Part shown: positions 1 to 9,264 of the stretch, in pieces | Numbering within the stretch: position 1 is the stretch's first letter | How the letters are laid out: every line of letters begins with the position of its first letter | Source: a virus | Taxonomy: Duplodnaviria; Heunggongvirae; Uroviricota; Caudoviricetes | DNA: 35,247 nucleotides | Direction: 5' to 3' (one strand) | IMG/VR virus record: IMGVR_UViG_2703719355_000021 | Notes under the pieces: generated by a model | Database searches by the model: none | What the model saw: only the letters and a program-made list of their open reading frames with translations | What the model was told of the DNA's origin: nothing | Position numbers and translations under genes: made by a program

Positions 1-135
1 AAAGAGTTCCTTTCAAATTTAAATAAGCGTTAAGCCCACCACTCTTACTGGTGGGCCTCAATTTAAATTTGGGTGCCACTTCGACCATACCCTGGCAACC
101 GATTGACGGGGGATTGCTCCCCCGTCGCGGTTTCC

Positions 136-276
136 TTACTGCTTACACTGTAAGAACGCCGCAAACTCCGCTCCCCAGAAGCTCATCCGTATTTCACACA
201 GCGAACCGTGCAACATCCAGATGATGAGGATTGCCGTCACGCAGAACGTGATGGCCGTAAGCGATTTTTGCGACAT
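136..276 (-). CDS. hok: Hok/Gef-family type I toxin, 46 aa small membrane peptide
   Basis: Not in ORF track (<60 aa). Translation MSQKSLTAITFCVTAILIIWMLHGSLCEIRMSFWGAEFAAFLQCKQ: one TM helix followed by SLCEIR...EFAAF, matching the conserved Hok motif (R1 Hok ...KSLCEIRYRDGHREVAAF...). AAGGAG ribosome-binding site 8 nt upstream of the ATG. Confidence 0.7.
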   Translation of the reverse strand: MSQKSLTAITFCVTAILIIWMLHGSLCEIRMSFWGAEFAAFLQCKQ

Positions 277-406
277 AGCACTTGCTCCTTTTCCGGAGAG
301 GCGCTAACCTTTCACTTGTCAAGGTAATGCGGTTAGGGCCTCGGTTAAACAGAGATGTTTTCCGGGGCCTTTCCACATCTGGCCTTCGGGTATTCCCTCC
401 GACCAT
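194..406 (-). CDS. mok-like overlapping reading frame (70 codons) spanning the hok start
   Basis: Track ORF of 70 aa in a different frame, starting upstream of hok and ending inside it, the same geometry and size as mok in hok/sok loci. No sequence similarity asserted. Confidence 0.4.
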   Translation of the reverse strand: MVGGNTRRPDVERPRKTSLFNRGPNRITLTSERLAPLRKRSKCYVAKIAYGHHVLRDGNPHHLDVARFAV

Positions 407-466
407 CAGCCGAAAGGCACCCGCGCGTAATCTATCGCTTTTTTGTTACTCCGGCAATTCTGCCTG

Positions 467-727
467 TTAATTCTGAGGTAAAGGCAAGCTCATCTGATTG
501 TTTCCCCTGTGTGAAGCTGGCAGATCATGCCACGGGATATCTTCTGAAGAGTGAACGCCGGAGGCGTGTTTTGATGTGAATTTATGGAAAGCTTCCAGTG
601 TTGAGAAGCATACGCCGCATTCCAGATTGTTACACTGGTAATACTTTTGCCGCACGGTGTTTGAATCATTTTCCGGACGACTGGTGCGGATACGGGCAGA
701 TGCGCCACAAAGCGGACAACGGAACAT
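467..727 (-). CDS. ogr: Ogr/Delta-family zinc-finger late transcription activator
   Basis: N-terminus MFRCPLCGASARIRTSR...YYQCNNLECG matches P2 Ogr (MFHCPLCQHAAHARTSR...YHQCQNVNCS) with a C4 zinc finger; GGGAGG ribosome-binding site upstream. Confidence 0.85.
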   Translation of the reverse strand: MFRCPLCGASARIRTSRPENDSNTVRQKYYQCNNLECGVCFSTLEAFHKFTSKHASGVHSSEDIPWHDLPASHRGNNQMSLPLPQN

Positions 728-769
728 AGCGACCTCCCTTAACGTGGTGCTGTCGCTATTCTAAGTTGC

Positions 770-1879
770 TCACTCTGTTTCCGCTATCCATTCCGGGATT
801 TTTGCCTCAAGCTCAAGCTGCGTGGTAAAGCCGCTGTTATCAATGGTGTGCTCGGCTTTTGCAATAATCCAGTCCTGATTATCAATCTCGCTTTTAAATC
901 CTGTTACCGTGCCATGCATTTCGGGGTAGAGTTCTGCACGTCCACGTGCCAGCGTGATGGAAAATGATGCGGCTCCGCGTTGTAGCTGCTGCCACTTTGC
1001 CGCCGCTGCGCGTCTTGCTGCCTGCTCGTTCTGATAAGTCTTGCGTAACACAAACACATTGCCTTCCGCACCTTCCATATAATCACCTTCACGGCTGCTG
1101 CTTTTCTCCTTTTTGGGTTTTGGCGGTTTACGGCGTTTTACGCTGACCTTTTTCTTTTTCCCGTAATTAAGATCAAGCCAGTGGGCGCGTACCCCCGTAT
1201 ACGCCTCGCGGTCAGCAATACGGAACTGATGGCGATCGCCGCTGCTGCGTGTAATGGCGAACGAGGGCAACGGCTGGCCCTGTGCGTTCACGCCACCACC
1301 GGGCATGATGAATAACAGATTGCCGCTTTTTACCGTGGTGATTGCGCCCAGCATTTCCGCCATGCGCGTAAGGAAGGACATATCGCTTTCTTCGGTCTGG
1401 TCGGCGTGGTCGATTTCGATATCCATCAGCATTTCGCTGATTTGCGGTTTCAGACCATACCGATGAGCGATGGCGGATACCACACGCTCAACGGTCACAT
1501 CATGCCAGGACACCTCACGTTTAACGTTAAATTCATCCCGAAAATCTGCGCTTCTGGCTGAAACAGTCAGCCTGTCCGGCGGTCCTTCGTGAGCGATTTC
1601 ATCAACAATGTAAGTGCCTTTTTCTGTCAGCGGTTCTCCTTTCCAGCCAATGAGAACCGTCAGGCGCGCGCCCCGTGGCGGTAGCTGCAACTGACCATCC
1701 GCATCATCCAGCGTGATGGTGAGCTGGTCCGCTTCAAATCCCCGGTTGTCGGTCAGTGACAGACTCATCAGGCACTCTGCCACGCCGGACAGCGTTTCCC
1801 CCTCCGCGAGAATATCAAAATCCGGCATTTTCACGGGGTCTGTGCTCTGACTGAGCAATTGCATGGTGGTGTCGGTCAT
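770..1879 (-). CDS. D: tail protein gpD (late control gene D family)
   Basis: Clear similarity to P2 gpD (LTDNRGFEADQL..., SARSADFR, ESWHD, lysine-rich KKKKVSVKRRKPPKPKK segment, EGxYMxGExxNVF). Start moved to the internal ATG at 1879 (GGGAGGG ribosome-binding site); the track ORF extends to 2011. Confidence 0.9.
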   Translation of the reverse strand: MTDTTMQLLSQSTDPVKMPDFDILAEGETLSGVAECLMSLSLTDNRGFEADQLTITLDDADGQLQLPPRGARLTVLIGWKGEPLTEKGTYIVDEIAHEGPPDRLTVSARSADFRDEFNVKREVSWHDVTVERVVSAIAHRYGLKPQISEMLMDIEIDHADQTEESDMSFLTRMAEMLGAITTVKSGNLLFIMPGGGVNAQGQPLPSFAITRSSGDRHQFRIADREAYTGVRAHWLDLNYGKKKKVSVKRRKPPKPKKEKSSSREGDYMEGAEGNVFVLRKTYQNEQAARRAAAAKWQQLQRGAASFSITLARGRAELYPEMHGTVTGFKSEIDNQDWIIAKAEHTIDNSGFTTQLELEAKIPEWIAETE

Positions 1880-2036
1880 CTGTTCCCTCCCTGTGCGGCA
1901 TGGTCGCATGTGCGTGCGGAGTGGGTTACTGCTTTTTGTTGTCGCCGTGACGGGAGAATAGCGCAGGGGTGAGATTACGCGCGTGGTGGGTGATGATTGT
2001 TGCTGAATCATTTAACGGATACAAGGGGCTGAAGCT

Positions 2037-3221
2037 ATGAGTGAAACTCGTTTTCATGGTGCCCGTGTTACGGAAAATACCGACCTGGTAACAGCGATTA
2101 ACGATGTTGATTCCAGCGTTATCGGTATCGTGGCAACGGCGGATGATGCGGACGCGAAGCTGTTCCCGCTGAACAAGCCCACACTGCTGACCCGCGTCAA
2201 TGACGTGCTGGGGAAATGCGGGACAACGGGGACGCTTTATCGTGCGCTTAAGGCCATCGCAGACCAGGTGAGCACAAAGGTGATCGTCGTTCGCGTGGCT
2301 GAACACAAAGAAGAAGACGAAAAGACGCAGGATCAACTGGTTATCGGTGGTTCTGAGGATGACGGCAGCTATACGGGGATGTATGCGCTGCTTGTTGCAG
2401 AGCAGGATGAAAGCATCGGATACCGTCCGCGTATTCTGGCCGCGCCGGAGCTGGACACGGAGGCGGTGACAAAATCCCTGTGCGTGATTGCGGGTAAACT
2501 GCGCGCATTTGTGTATGCCTCATGTCACGGCTGTAACACGATGGCTGAAGCGATTACCTACCGCCAGAAATTCAACGAACGTGAAGTGATGCTCTTATGG
2601 CCGGACTTCATCGCCTACAACCCGAAAAGTGGCGAAAACGAAACGTTCCCCGCGCCTGCCTATGCGTGCGGCCTTCGTGCGTACATTGACCATGAACAGG
2701 GCTGGCACAAATCGCTGTCCAACGTTCCGGTTAAAAATGTGCTGGGGATGTCCAGGCATGTGTTCTGGTCGTTACAGGCCGAAGACAGTGATGCCAACAG
2801 CCTCAACAACAAAGAAATCACGACCATTATTCGTCGCAACGGGTTCCGCTTCTGGGGCAACCGCACACCGGAAACGAACGCCTACATCTTTGAGGTGTAT
2901 ACCCGAACCGCACAGGTGCTGGCTGATTCAATTGCGGAAGCGCAGTTTGAAACCATCGACAGTCCACTGACGCCTGCGAACGTGAAGGATGTTATCAGTG
3001 CCATCAGGGCAAAACTGGATTCACTGGTTACTGCCGGGAAACTGATTGGCGCGGAGTGCTGGTATGACGTGGTGGATAACAGCACCACGGATTTACGTCA
3101 GGGGCGTGTGCGTATTCGCTACAAATATACGCCCGTTCCGCCACTGGAAGACATGGAGCTTTACCAGACGTTTACTGATGAATACTTTGAACCCGCATTT
3201 GCGGTGCTGGGAGGTGCCTGA
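2037..3221 (+). CDS. FI: contractile tail sheath protein gpFI
   Basis: 394 aa; size and sequence consistent with P2 FI sheath; stop overlaps the FII start (ATGA-type junction). Confidence 0.93.
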   Translation: MSETRFHGARVTENTDLVTAINDVDSSVIGIVATADDADAKLFPLNKPTLLTRVNDVLGKCGTTGTLYRALKAIADQVSTKVIVVRVAEHKEEDEKTQDQLVIGGSEDDGSYTGMYALLVAEQDESIGYRPRILAAPELDTEAVTKSLCVIAGKLRAFVYASCHGCNTMAEAITYRQKFNEREVMLLWPDFIAYNPKSGENETFPAPAYACGLRAYIDHEQGWHKSLSNVPVKNVLGMSRHVFWSLQAEDSDANSLNNKEITTIIRRNGFRFWGNRTPETNAYIFEVYTRTAQVLADSIAEAQFETIDSPLTPANVKDVISAIRAKLDSLVTAGKLIGAECWYDVVDNSTTDLRQGRVRIRYKYTPVPPLEDMELYQTFTDEYFEPAFAVLGGA

Positions 3222-3733
3222 TGGCTGTGCCAAAACATCTTCGCTTTTTTACGCTGTTTGTGGATGGTGAAAACGAAGTGGGTAAGGTGACGTCCGTCAC
3301 TCTACCTAAGCTGACGCGCAAAACCGACAGCTACCGGGGTGGTGGCATGATGGGTGCGGTAAGTATTGATCTCGGTCTGGACGACTCCGCGCTTGATGCG
3401 AGCTTTGTCATGGGGGGCGCAGTTCGTGAGCTGTTCCTTAAGTATGGCGGCACGATTGACGGCACGCTGCTGCGTTTTGCGGGTGAATACTACACCGATG
3501 CAGAAAGCGACCTGTATGAAGTCGAAATGCGCGGACGTGTGACGGAAATTGATATGGGGGAAGCCAAACAGGGCGAAGCCACATCACACACTTACGCTAT
3601 TAAAAACACCTACTACAAGCTGAGTGTTAACGATCGCCCATTGTGGGAGATTGACCTGCTGAACTTCATTTACCGGAAGGACGGCAAGGACATTGTGCCC
3701 GATCGCATCCGTTCCGCGCTTGGGCTTGGCTGA
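3221..3733 (+). CDS. FII: tail tube protein gpFII
   Basis: 170 aa immediately after the sheath gene; P2 FII-like. Confidence 0.92.
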   Translation: MAVPKHLRFFTLFVDGENEVGKVTSVTLPKLTRKTDSYRGGGMMGAVSIDLGLDDSALDASFVMGGAVRELFLKYGGTIDGTLLRFAGEYYTDAESDLYEVEMRGRVTEIDMGEAKQGEATSHTYAIKNTYYKLSVNDRPLWEIDLLNFIYRKDGKDIVPDRIRSALGLG

Positions 3734-3788
3734 TAAGTAATATGCAGGCGGCGCGGTGCGTCGCCTCTGACTGAAAAGGAGACAACTG

Positions 3789-4163
3789 ATGAAAGACATC
3801 GATACTGAAACCCGGAATAACACCGTGGCGGATGATGTGACGGCAGGAGAGGATATGGCTGTCGAACGTGGTGTAAAACTTTCCCGGCCAATTGAGCGTG
3901 GTGCCGAAAAAATCACGTATGTGGAGATCACCGGGGCTATTGAGCAGGCGGGATCCCTGCGTGGTCTGTCGCTGTCTGATGTGCTGAATCTGAAAGCGGA
4001 TACCATGTTCACGCTGTTGCCTCGCGTGACCTCGCCACGACTGGATGAAGTGATGATTAAAAAAATGTCGTCACGCGATTTTATTCAGTTGTGCGCTGTG
4101 GCTGTAAATTTTATGAGCGAGCCAGACTCTGGCGCGAAGAGCGTGCAGGAGACGGCAGCGTAA
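3789..4163 (+). CDS. E: tail assembly chaperone gpE
   Basis: 124 aa ORF between the tube and tape measure genes, preceded by AAAGGAG; the conserved position of the frameshifting chaperone. Confidence 0.85.
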   Translation: MKDIDTETRNNTVADDVTAGEDMAVERGVKLSRPIERGAEKITYVEITGAIEQAGSLRGLSLSDVLNLKADTMFTLLPRVTSPRLDEVMIKKMSSRDFIQLCAVAVNFMSEPDSGAKSVQETAA

Positions 4164-4327
4164 TCACCCTGGTGTGCTTTGAGCACATCGAAGATCTGGT
4201 GGCGGATATTGCCGCCATTTTTAACTGGTCGCCCGCCGAAATCTTCATGATGACGCCCGGCGAAGTGGTTAGCTGGCGCGAGCGGGCGGCACTTCGCAGC
4301 GGGAATGCAGATAATGAAGACTCTTGA
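4091..4327 (+). CDS. E' extension reading frame (E+E' product by -1 programmed frameshift)
   Basis: The -1 frame relative to E is open from about 4061 to 4327 and overlaps the start of T. Candidate slippery heptamer A AAT TTT at about 4106-4112 in the E frame. Confidence 0.7.
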   Translation: MRCGCKFYERARLWREERAGDGSVITLVCFEHIEDLVADIAAIFNWSPAEIFMMTPGEVVSWRERAALRSGNADNEDS

Positions 4328-7121
4328 TATCCGGGTCGCTTTCAGCGCCGTTGACAGGCTGACCCGGCCTGCCGAAAACGCCCGCCGCCTGATGGGGCAG
4401 TTTGGTGACTCCATCCAGCGAACGCAGGGGGCGATCAAAAATCTCGAGCGTCAGGCGCGTTCATTTGAGCGCGCCCGCGACGCTGTCAGTAAAGCGGATG
4501 CGGGTATCGTGAAAGCACGACGCCAGCTTAACGCCCTTAATCAGTTACAACGCACGGGTACAGTGCTCAGCGAAAAGCAACAAAAGCTGATGCAGCAGTT
4601 AAGCACCCGGCTTGAACGCCTGAATGAATCGCGCACACGGGAAATTCAGAAAATGCGGGAGCTTGGCGGAGAGCTGAAACGCCACGGCATTTCCCTAACA
4701 GGCAGCGATAGCACCATCCAGCAGGCCATCAGACGCACCGAACAGTACAACAACCAGCTTGAACGCGAACGGCAGGCGCTTGCGCGTGTAACACGTGCGC
4801 GTGAGCGGTATTCGCGCGCGCAGGAAACCGCGGGAAAACTGAAAACAGGTGGTGCGCTGGCAATTGGTGCGGCAGCGGCGGGCGGCTATGCTGCCGGGCG
4901 TTTTTTGCAGCCTGCGATCGGGTTCGGGAAAGAGATGTCCCGCGTTCAGGCACTGACGCGAATCGACCAGAACAGCCCGCAGTTTAAGGCGCTGCGTGAG
5001 CAGGCGTTAAAACTTGGCTCTGAAACGCAGTTCACTGCAGGCGATGCCGCCAGTGGGCAGGCATTTCTTGCAATGGCTGGCTTCACTCCGCAGGCCATTC
5101 AGGCTGCGCTTCCCGGCGTACTGAGCATGGCAACGGCTGGCGGTATGGATCTCGGCGAAACGGCAGATATTGGCTCAAATATCCTGACGCAGTTCGGCCT
5201 TTCTGCTGACCAGATGGACCGGGTCGGTGACACACTCACCGCAGTGTTTACCCGTACCAACACTGACCTTCGCGCACTGGGCGAAACCATGAAATATGCA
5301 GGTCCGGTGGCGGGCAAGCTGGGAATATCGCTGGAGCAGGCCGCAGCGATGGCGGGCGTACTGGCGAATATGGGTATCAGGGGAAGTGATGCCGGGACGG
5401 CAATGCGTGCCAGCCTGGCTCGTCTGGCATCACCGCCAAAGGCGGCGGCAGAAGCTCTGAAAGAGCTGGGCGTGTCCGTCTCTGATGCGAACGGCAAAAT
5501 GCGCCCGATGGAGGATTTGCTGGCCGACCTTTATAAAGCCACCCGCAAATACGGGGAAGTTGACCGGGTATCGTTCTTTAAGGACATTGCCGGAGAAGAG
5601 GCTTTCACATCATTTATGGCTCTCGTTGATGCGGCGGGTGACGGCTCCCTGCCCAAACTGAGAAAAGAACTTGAGGGCGCACGCGGTGAGGCTGAACGCA
5701 CGGCAAAGGTTATGGCCAATAACCTTGATGGCGACCTGAAATCACTCGGCAGTGCATGGGAAGGGCTGCGTATCCGCATTGCAGATCTGATTGATGGTCC
5801 GCTGCGTTCTGTCACGCAGTGGCTCACGCAGGTGGTCTCAAAGGTGACGGCGCTGGCACAGGCTCATCCGGTACTGACGCGCCAGTTACTGATAGCAGGC
5901 GGTGCGCTGCTGGCAATGACTGCAACGGTTGGCTCGTTGTCGCTGGTTATTGGAGTGCTTCACGGGAAGCTGGCCACGTTGCGTCTTGGTTTTTCTCTCC
6001 TGACCGGATCAATGAATGCTGTCAGGGTTCTGCCTGCATTATGGGGAATGGTGACAGGCTCCATCTCGTTACTGGGGGGCGCTGTCGGGGCGCTGTTCAG
6101 TCCGGTTGGGTTGATTGCTGCAGCGTTTGTCGCTGCGGCGGTTCTCATCTGGAAATACTGGGAACCCATCAAGGCGTTTTATGCCGGGGTGTTCAGCGGG
6201 ATTATGGAAAGGCTGACCCCGTTGCGCGAAACCTTTGAACGGTTTGGTCCTGTTTTTGACGCAATCGGAAGCGGGATCAGCCAGGTGTTTAACTGGTTTA
6301 AATCGCTGCTGTCACCGATGGAGTCCAGCAAGGAAACGCTGGATAAATGTACCAGTGCTGGCGAGATATTCGGTAACGTTCTTGGCGGTGCGTTACAACT
6401 TGTTCTGACGCCTGCAAAAATGCTACTGGATACGCTGGCGTGGATACTTGAAAAACTTGGCGTCCTTCCGGATGAAGCGGAAAGGGCGCGCAAGAAAATC
6501 GAAGACGCACAGCGTGCGGCCATTCTTCAGGACAAGGTTGCCTTGCTTCAGGGGGACCTGGCGAAAATCAATCCGCCGAAGCCTGTGGAAAATGGCAATG
6601 GCACCGGAGGTGATAAACCCAAAGACAACAAACCGCTCACAGACAGCAATACCGGTACGCTACGCAGACTCAGCAAAATTGCTGATAACACAGGTAAGCT
6701 GGTTGATGAGACGAAAAAACGCATTGGCCCCGGCGATATTGTCTTTAAGAACCTGCCCCGCGCACTTGCTGTTCGTGGGGAGTGGCAGGAGCGGAAGATT
6801 GCGCAGATCAGTAAGCCTGCTTCCGCAATCAACATCACACCCGTGGTCCCGACTCCTCTGCCTCCGGCGCTGGTCCCTGTTGTTGCGGCCAGCTCCCGCC
6901 CGGTGGCGGAGGCCATACGATCGCCAGTGGCATCAGTTCCTGCAACTTCCCGTAACCGGGAGCCTGTTGTCTCCGGATTTGGCGGTGAAATTCATGTTCA
7001 TCTGCATAACGTTGTTACGCAGAATCCCCGCGAACTGGCGAAACTGGTCGGTGAAATGGTCAGGGCAGAATTGGAACGACGCGACCGTGCCGGACGTGGC
7101 AGTTTTTACGATAAAGATTGA
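4305..7121 (+). CDS. T: tail tape measure protein gpT
   Basis: 938 aa; coiled-coil N-terminal region, Gly/Ala-rich hydrophobic central segment; position after E/E'. Confidence 0.9.
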   Translation: MQIMKTLDIRVAFSAVDRLTRPAENARRLMGQFGDSIQRTQGAIKNLERQARSFERARDAVSKADAGIVKARRQLNALNQLQRTGTVLSEKQQKLMQQLSTRLERLNESRTREIQKMRELGGELKRHGISLTGSDSTIQQAIRRTEQYNNQLERERQALARVTRARERYSRAQETAGKLKTGGALAIGAAAAGGYAAGRFLQPAIGFGKEMSRVQALTRIDQNSPQFKALREQALKLGSETQFTAGDAASGQAFLAMAGFTPQAIQAALPGVLSMATAGGMDLGETADIGSNILTQFGLSADQMDRVGDTLTAVFTRTNTDLRALGETMKYAGPVAGKLGISLEQAAAMAGVLANMGIRGSDAGTAMRASLARLASPPKAAAEALKELGVSVSDANGKMRPMEDLLADLYKATRKYGEVDRVSFFKDIAGEEAFTSFMALVDAAGDGSLPKLRKELEGARGEAERTAKVMANNLDGDLKSLGSAWEGLRIRIADLIDGPLRSVTQWLTQVVSKVTALAQAHPVLTRQLLIAGGALLAMTATVGSLSLVIGVLHGKLATLRLGFSLLTGSMNAVRVLPALWGMVTGSISLLGGAVGALFSPVGLIAAAFVAAAVLIWKYWEPIKAFYAGVFSGIMERLTPLRETFERFGPVFDAIGSGISQVFNWFKSLLSPMESSKETLDKCTSAGEIFGNVLGGALQLVLTPAKMLLDTLAWILEKLGVLPDEAERARKKIEDAQRAAILQDKVALLQGDLAKINPPKPVENGNGTGGDKPKDNKPLTDSNTGTLRRLSKIADNTGKLVDETKKRIGPGDIVFKNLPRALAVRGEWQERKIAQISKPASAINITPVVPTPLPPALVPVVAASSRPVAEAIRSPVASVPATSRNREPVVSGFGGEIHVHLHNVVTQNPRELAKLVGEMVRAELERRDRAGRGSFYDKD

Positions 7122-7127
7122 GGAGTC

Positions 7128-7622
7128 ATGGCCATGATGATGATCTACGGCATGTTTGTTTTTGAGCTGCGTACATTGCCGCATCAACAGTTACAGCAAA
7201 ACAAAAGCTGGCGGCATGTGAAAAATGAACGCGTTAACCGTTCAGCAAGCTGGCAGTATATCGGTGCAGGTGATGATCGCATCGTTCTTTCTGGTGTGCT
7301 TTATCCTGAAATTACAGGTGGCGAAGTGTCGCTGTCGCTGCTGACCACGCAGGCGTATACAGGACGACCCTGGCCTTTGATTGATGGTGTCGGGCAGATT
7401 TACGGCATGTATGTGCTGACTGAAACGAATACGACCCGTTCCGAGTTTGATCGCTACGGTAAGGCGAAAAAGATAGAATTTTCACTGACTCTTGAACGCT
7501 GTGATGAGGATTTGCGGGAGCGCCTGCAATCCTCATCGTTCAGTGATATGCTGTCCGGCTTCAAAGATAAGGTCACATCATCCCTTAACAGCGCGGCCAG
7601 CTCCGTTAAAGGGCTGTTTTGA
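7128..7622 (+). CDS. U: tail protein gpU
   Basis: 164 aa directly after the tape measure gene; P2 gpU-like. Confidence 0.88.
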   Translation: MAMMMIYGMFVFELRTLPHQQLQQNKSWRHVKNERVNRSASWQYIGAGDDRIVLSGVLYPEITGGEVSLSLLTTQAYTGRPWPLIDGVGQIYGMYVLTETNTTRSEFDRYGKAKKIEFSLTLERCDEDLRERLQSSSFSDMLSGFKDKVTSSLNSAASSVKGLF

Positions 7623-7631
7623 TTAACGCAA

Positions 7632-7668
7632 AACCGCTAATGGTCAGATTAGCGGTTATTTTGTTTTC
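7632..7668. terminator. bidirectional intrinsic terminator between convergent U and invertase genes
   Basis: aaccgctaat-ggtcag-attagcggtt perfect 10 bp stem followed by attttgtttt; it sits between the U stop and the invertase stop. Confidence 0.6.
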
Positions 7669-8243
7669 TGACTCTTCTCTATTGTTCCGCTTGATTCTCC
7701 TGCGGGGTGGTAACGATAAATCGTCGATGTACCAATGCCGTAAATTATTGCCAGTTGTTTTCTGTCGTGACCGTTTTTAATCAGCCTTGCTATTTGCTCA
7801 TGCTGTTCTTTTGTCAGCTTCGGGCGACGTCCGCCTGTGCGCCCCCGTGCGCGCGCTGCTGCCAGTCCGGCCAGTGTACGTTCAACGATTAATTCACGTT
7901 CCATTTCAGCCAGGGCACCCATAACGTGGAAGAAAAAACGCCCCATTGGAGAAGATGTATCTATGCTGTCGGTCAGACTGCGAAAATTAATCCCTCGCTC
8001 CTGTAGTTCCCCGACGAGAGAAATCAGATGTTTCATGCTTCGCCCGAGGCGATCCAGTTTCCAGACAACCAGCGTGTCACCTTTTTGAAGGCGCTTTAAA
8101 GCGCGTTTTAATCCCGGTCGGTCTGTCTTTGTCCCGCTTAATTTATCTTCAAATATTTGTTCACATCCTGCACAAACAAGAGCGTTTCGTTGCAGGTCTG
8201 TATTCTGGTCATTTGTTGATACCCTTACATAGCCAATCAGCAC
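7656..8243 (-). CDS. Gin/Pin/Hin-family serine DNA invertase
   Basis: Near-identical in pattern to Mu Gin (LIGYVRVSTNDQNTDLQRNALVCAGCEQIFEDKLSGT...); catalytic Ser in VRVSTNDQ; C-terminal HTH. Start taken as GTG at 8243 (GGGAGA ribosome-binding site); the track begins at a TTG at 8261. Confidence 0.92.
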   Translation of the reverse strand: MLIGYVRVSTNDQNTDLQRNALVCAGCEQIFEDKLSGTKTDRPGLKRALKRLQKGDTLVVWKLDRLGRSMKHLISLVGELQERGINFRSLTDSIDTSSPMGRFFFHVMGALAEMERELIVERTLAGLAAARARGRTGGRRPKLTKEQHEQIARLIKNGHDRKQLAIIYGIGTSTIYRYHPAGESSGTIEKSQKTK

Positions 8244-8314
8244 GCTGAATCTCCCGTCCAAAAGCGTAAATCATGCCATGCAGGTCAGAAACGGCCATTA
8301 TCTAAAACCTCGGT

Positions 8315-9262
8315 TTGCAGGAAACGATAAATCAGGCTTCAGGCGCATTGCAGAAAAACCAGAACGGCGCAGATATTCCAGGAAAAGATACCTTCACAAA
8401 AAATATTGGTGCATGTCGCGCTTTTCACAGTTCTATTAGTACAGGTGCAGGGAACTGGACGACGGCACAATTGATTGAATGGCTGGATTCTCAAGGGGCA
8501 TTCAATCACCCATACTGGATGTGCAAATGTTCATGGTCATACGGCAATAATAAAATTATTACCGATACTGGCTGTGGAACTATTCATCTTGCAGGTTGCG
8601 TTATTGAGGTTATGGGTAATAAAGGTGCCATGACCATCCGTGTAACCACCCCGAGCACTTCCAGCGGTGGCGGAACTACTAATGCACAATTTACTTATAT
8701 AAACCATGGCGCAGATTACGCCCCAGGCTGGCGGCGCGACTACAGCACAAAAAACCAGCAACCTGCATTTGCTTTAGGGCAAACAGGAAGCAGGGTTGCA
8801 AATGATAAAGCTGTTGGCTGGAACTGGAATAGCGGCGTTTATGATGCAGATATCAGTGGCGCATCGACATTAATCCTCCACTTCAATATGAATGCGGGGA
8901 GTTGCCCTGCTGTACAGTTCCGCGTGAATTATAAGAACGGCGGTATCTTTTATCGTTCAGCGCGTGATGGTTATGGCTTTGAAGCTGACTGGTCAGAGTT
9001 TTACACCACAACCCGCAAACCCTCTGCGGGGGATGTTGGTGCATATACGCAGGCAGAATGTAACTCAAGGTTTATTACAGGTATTCGCCTTGGCGGTCTG
9101 TCATCTGTTCAGACATGGAATGGTCCCGGCTGGTCTGACAGGTCAGGTTATGTCGTTACGGGTTCAGTTAACGGAAACCGTGATGAATTAATTGATACAA
9201 CACAGGCAAGGCCAATTCAGTATTGCATTAATGGGACGTGGTATAACGCGGGGAGTATTTAA
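8315..9262 (+). CDS. alternative (currently unexpressed) tail-fibre C-terminal variable segment
   Basis: The ORF begins inside the crossover site with ...LQET, the same residues found in gene H at the other site ([11 protein letters not shown]). It has no start codon of its own, so it would be fused to the H constant region after inversion. Confidence 0.8.
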   Translation: MQETINQASGALQKNQNGADIPGKDTFTKNIGACRAFHSSISTGAGNWTTAQLIEWLDSQGAFNHPYWMCKCSWSYGNNKIITDTGCGTIHLAGCVIEVMGNKGAMTIRVTTPSTSSGGGTTNAQFTYINHGADYAPGWRRDYSTKNQQPAFALGQTGSRVANDKAVGWNWNSGVYDADISGASTLILHFNMNAGSCPAVQFRVNYKNGGIFYRSARDGYGFEADWSEFYTTTRKPSAGDVGAYTQAECNSRFITGIRLGGLSSVQTWNGPGWSDRSGYVVTGSVNGNRDELIDTTQARPIQYCINGTWYNAGSI

Positions 9263-9264
9263 CG

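Noticed and set aside
1-135. Possible tRNA / tmRNA 3' end as integration target
   Set aside because: Hairpins are present but no cloverleaf, no CCA-proximal acceptor pairing and no T-loop motif could be traced; they fit the 3' structure of the hok transcript better.
1880-2036. Ogr-type late promoter dyad (TGT-N12-ACA) in the D/FI divergent intergenic region
   Set aside because: Every TGT was scanned for an ACA 12 nt downstream and none was found (one TGT-N12-CAT only), so no activator site is annotated.
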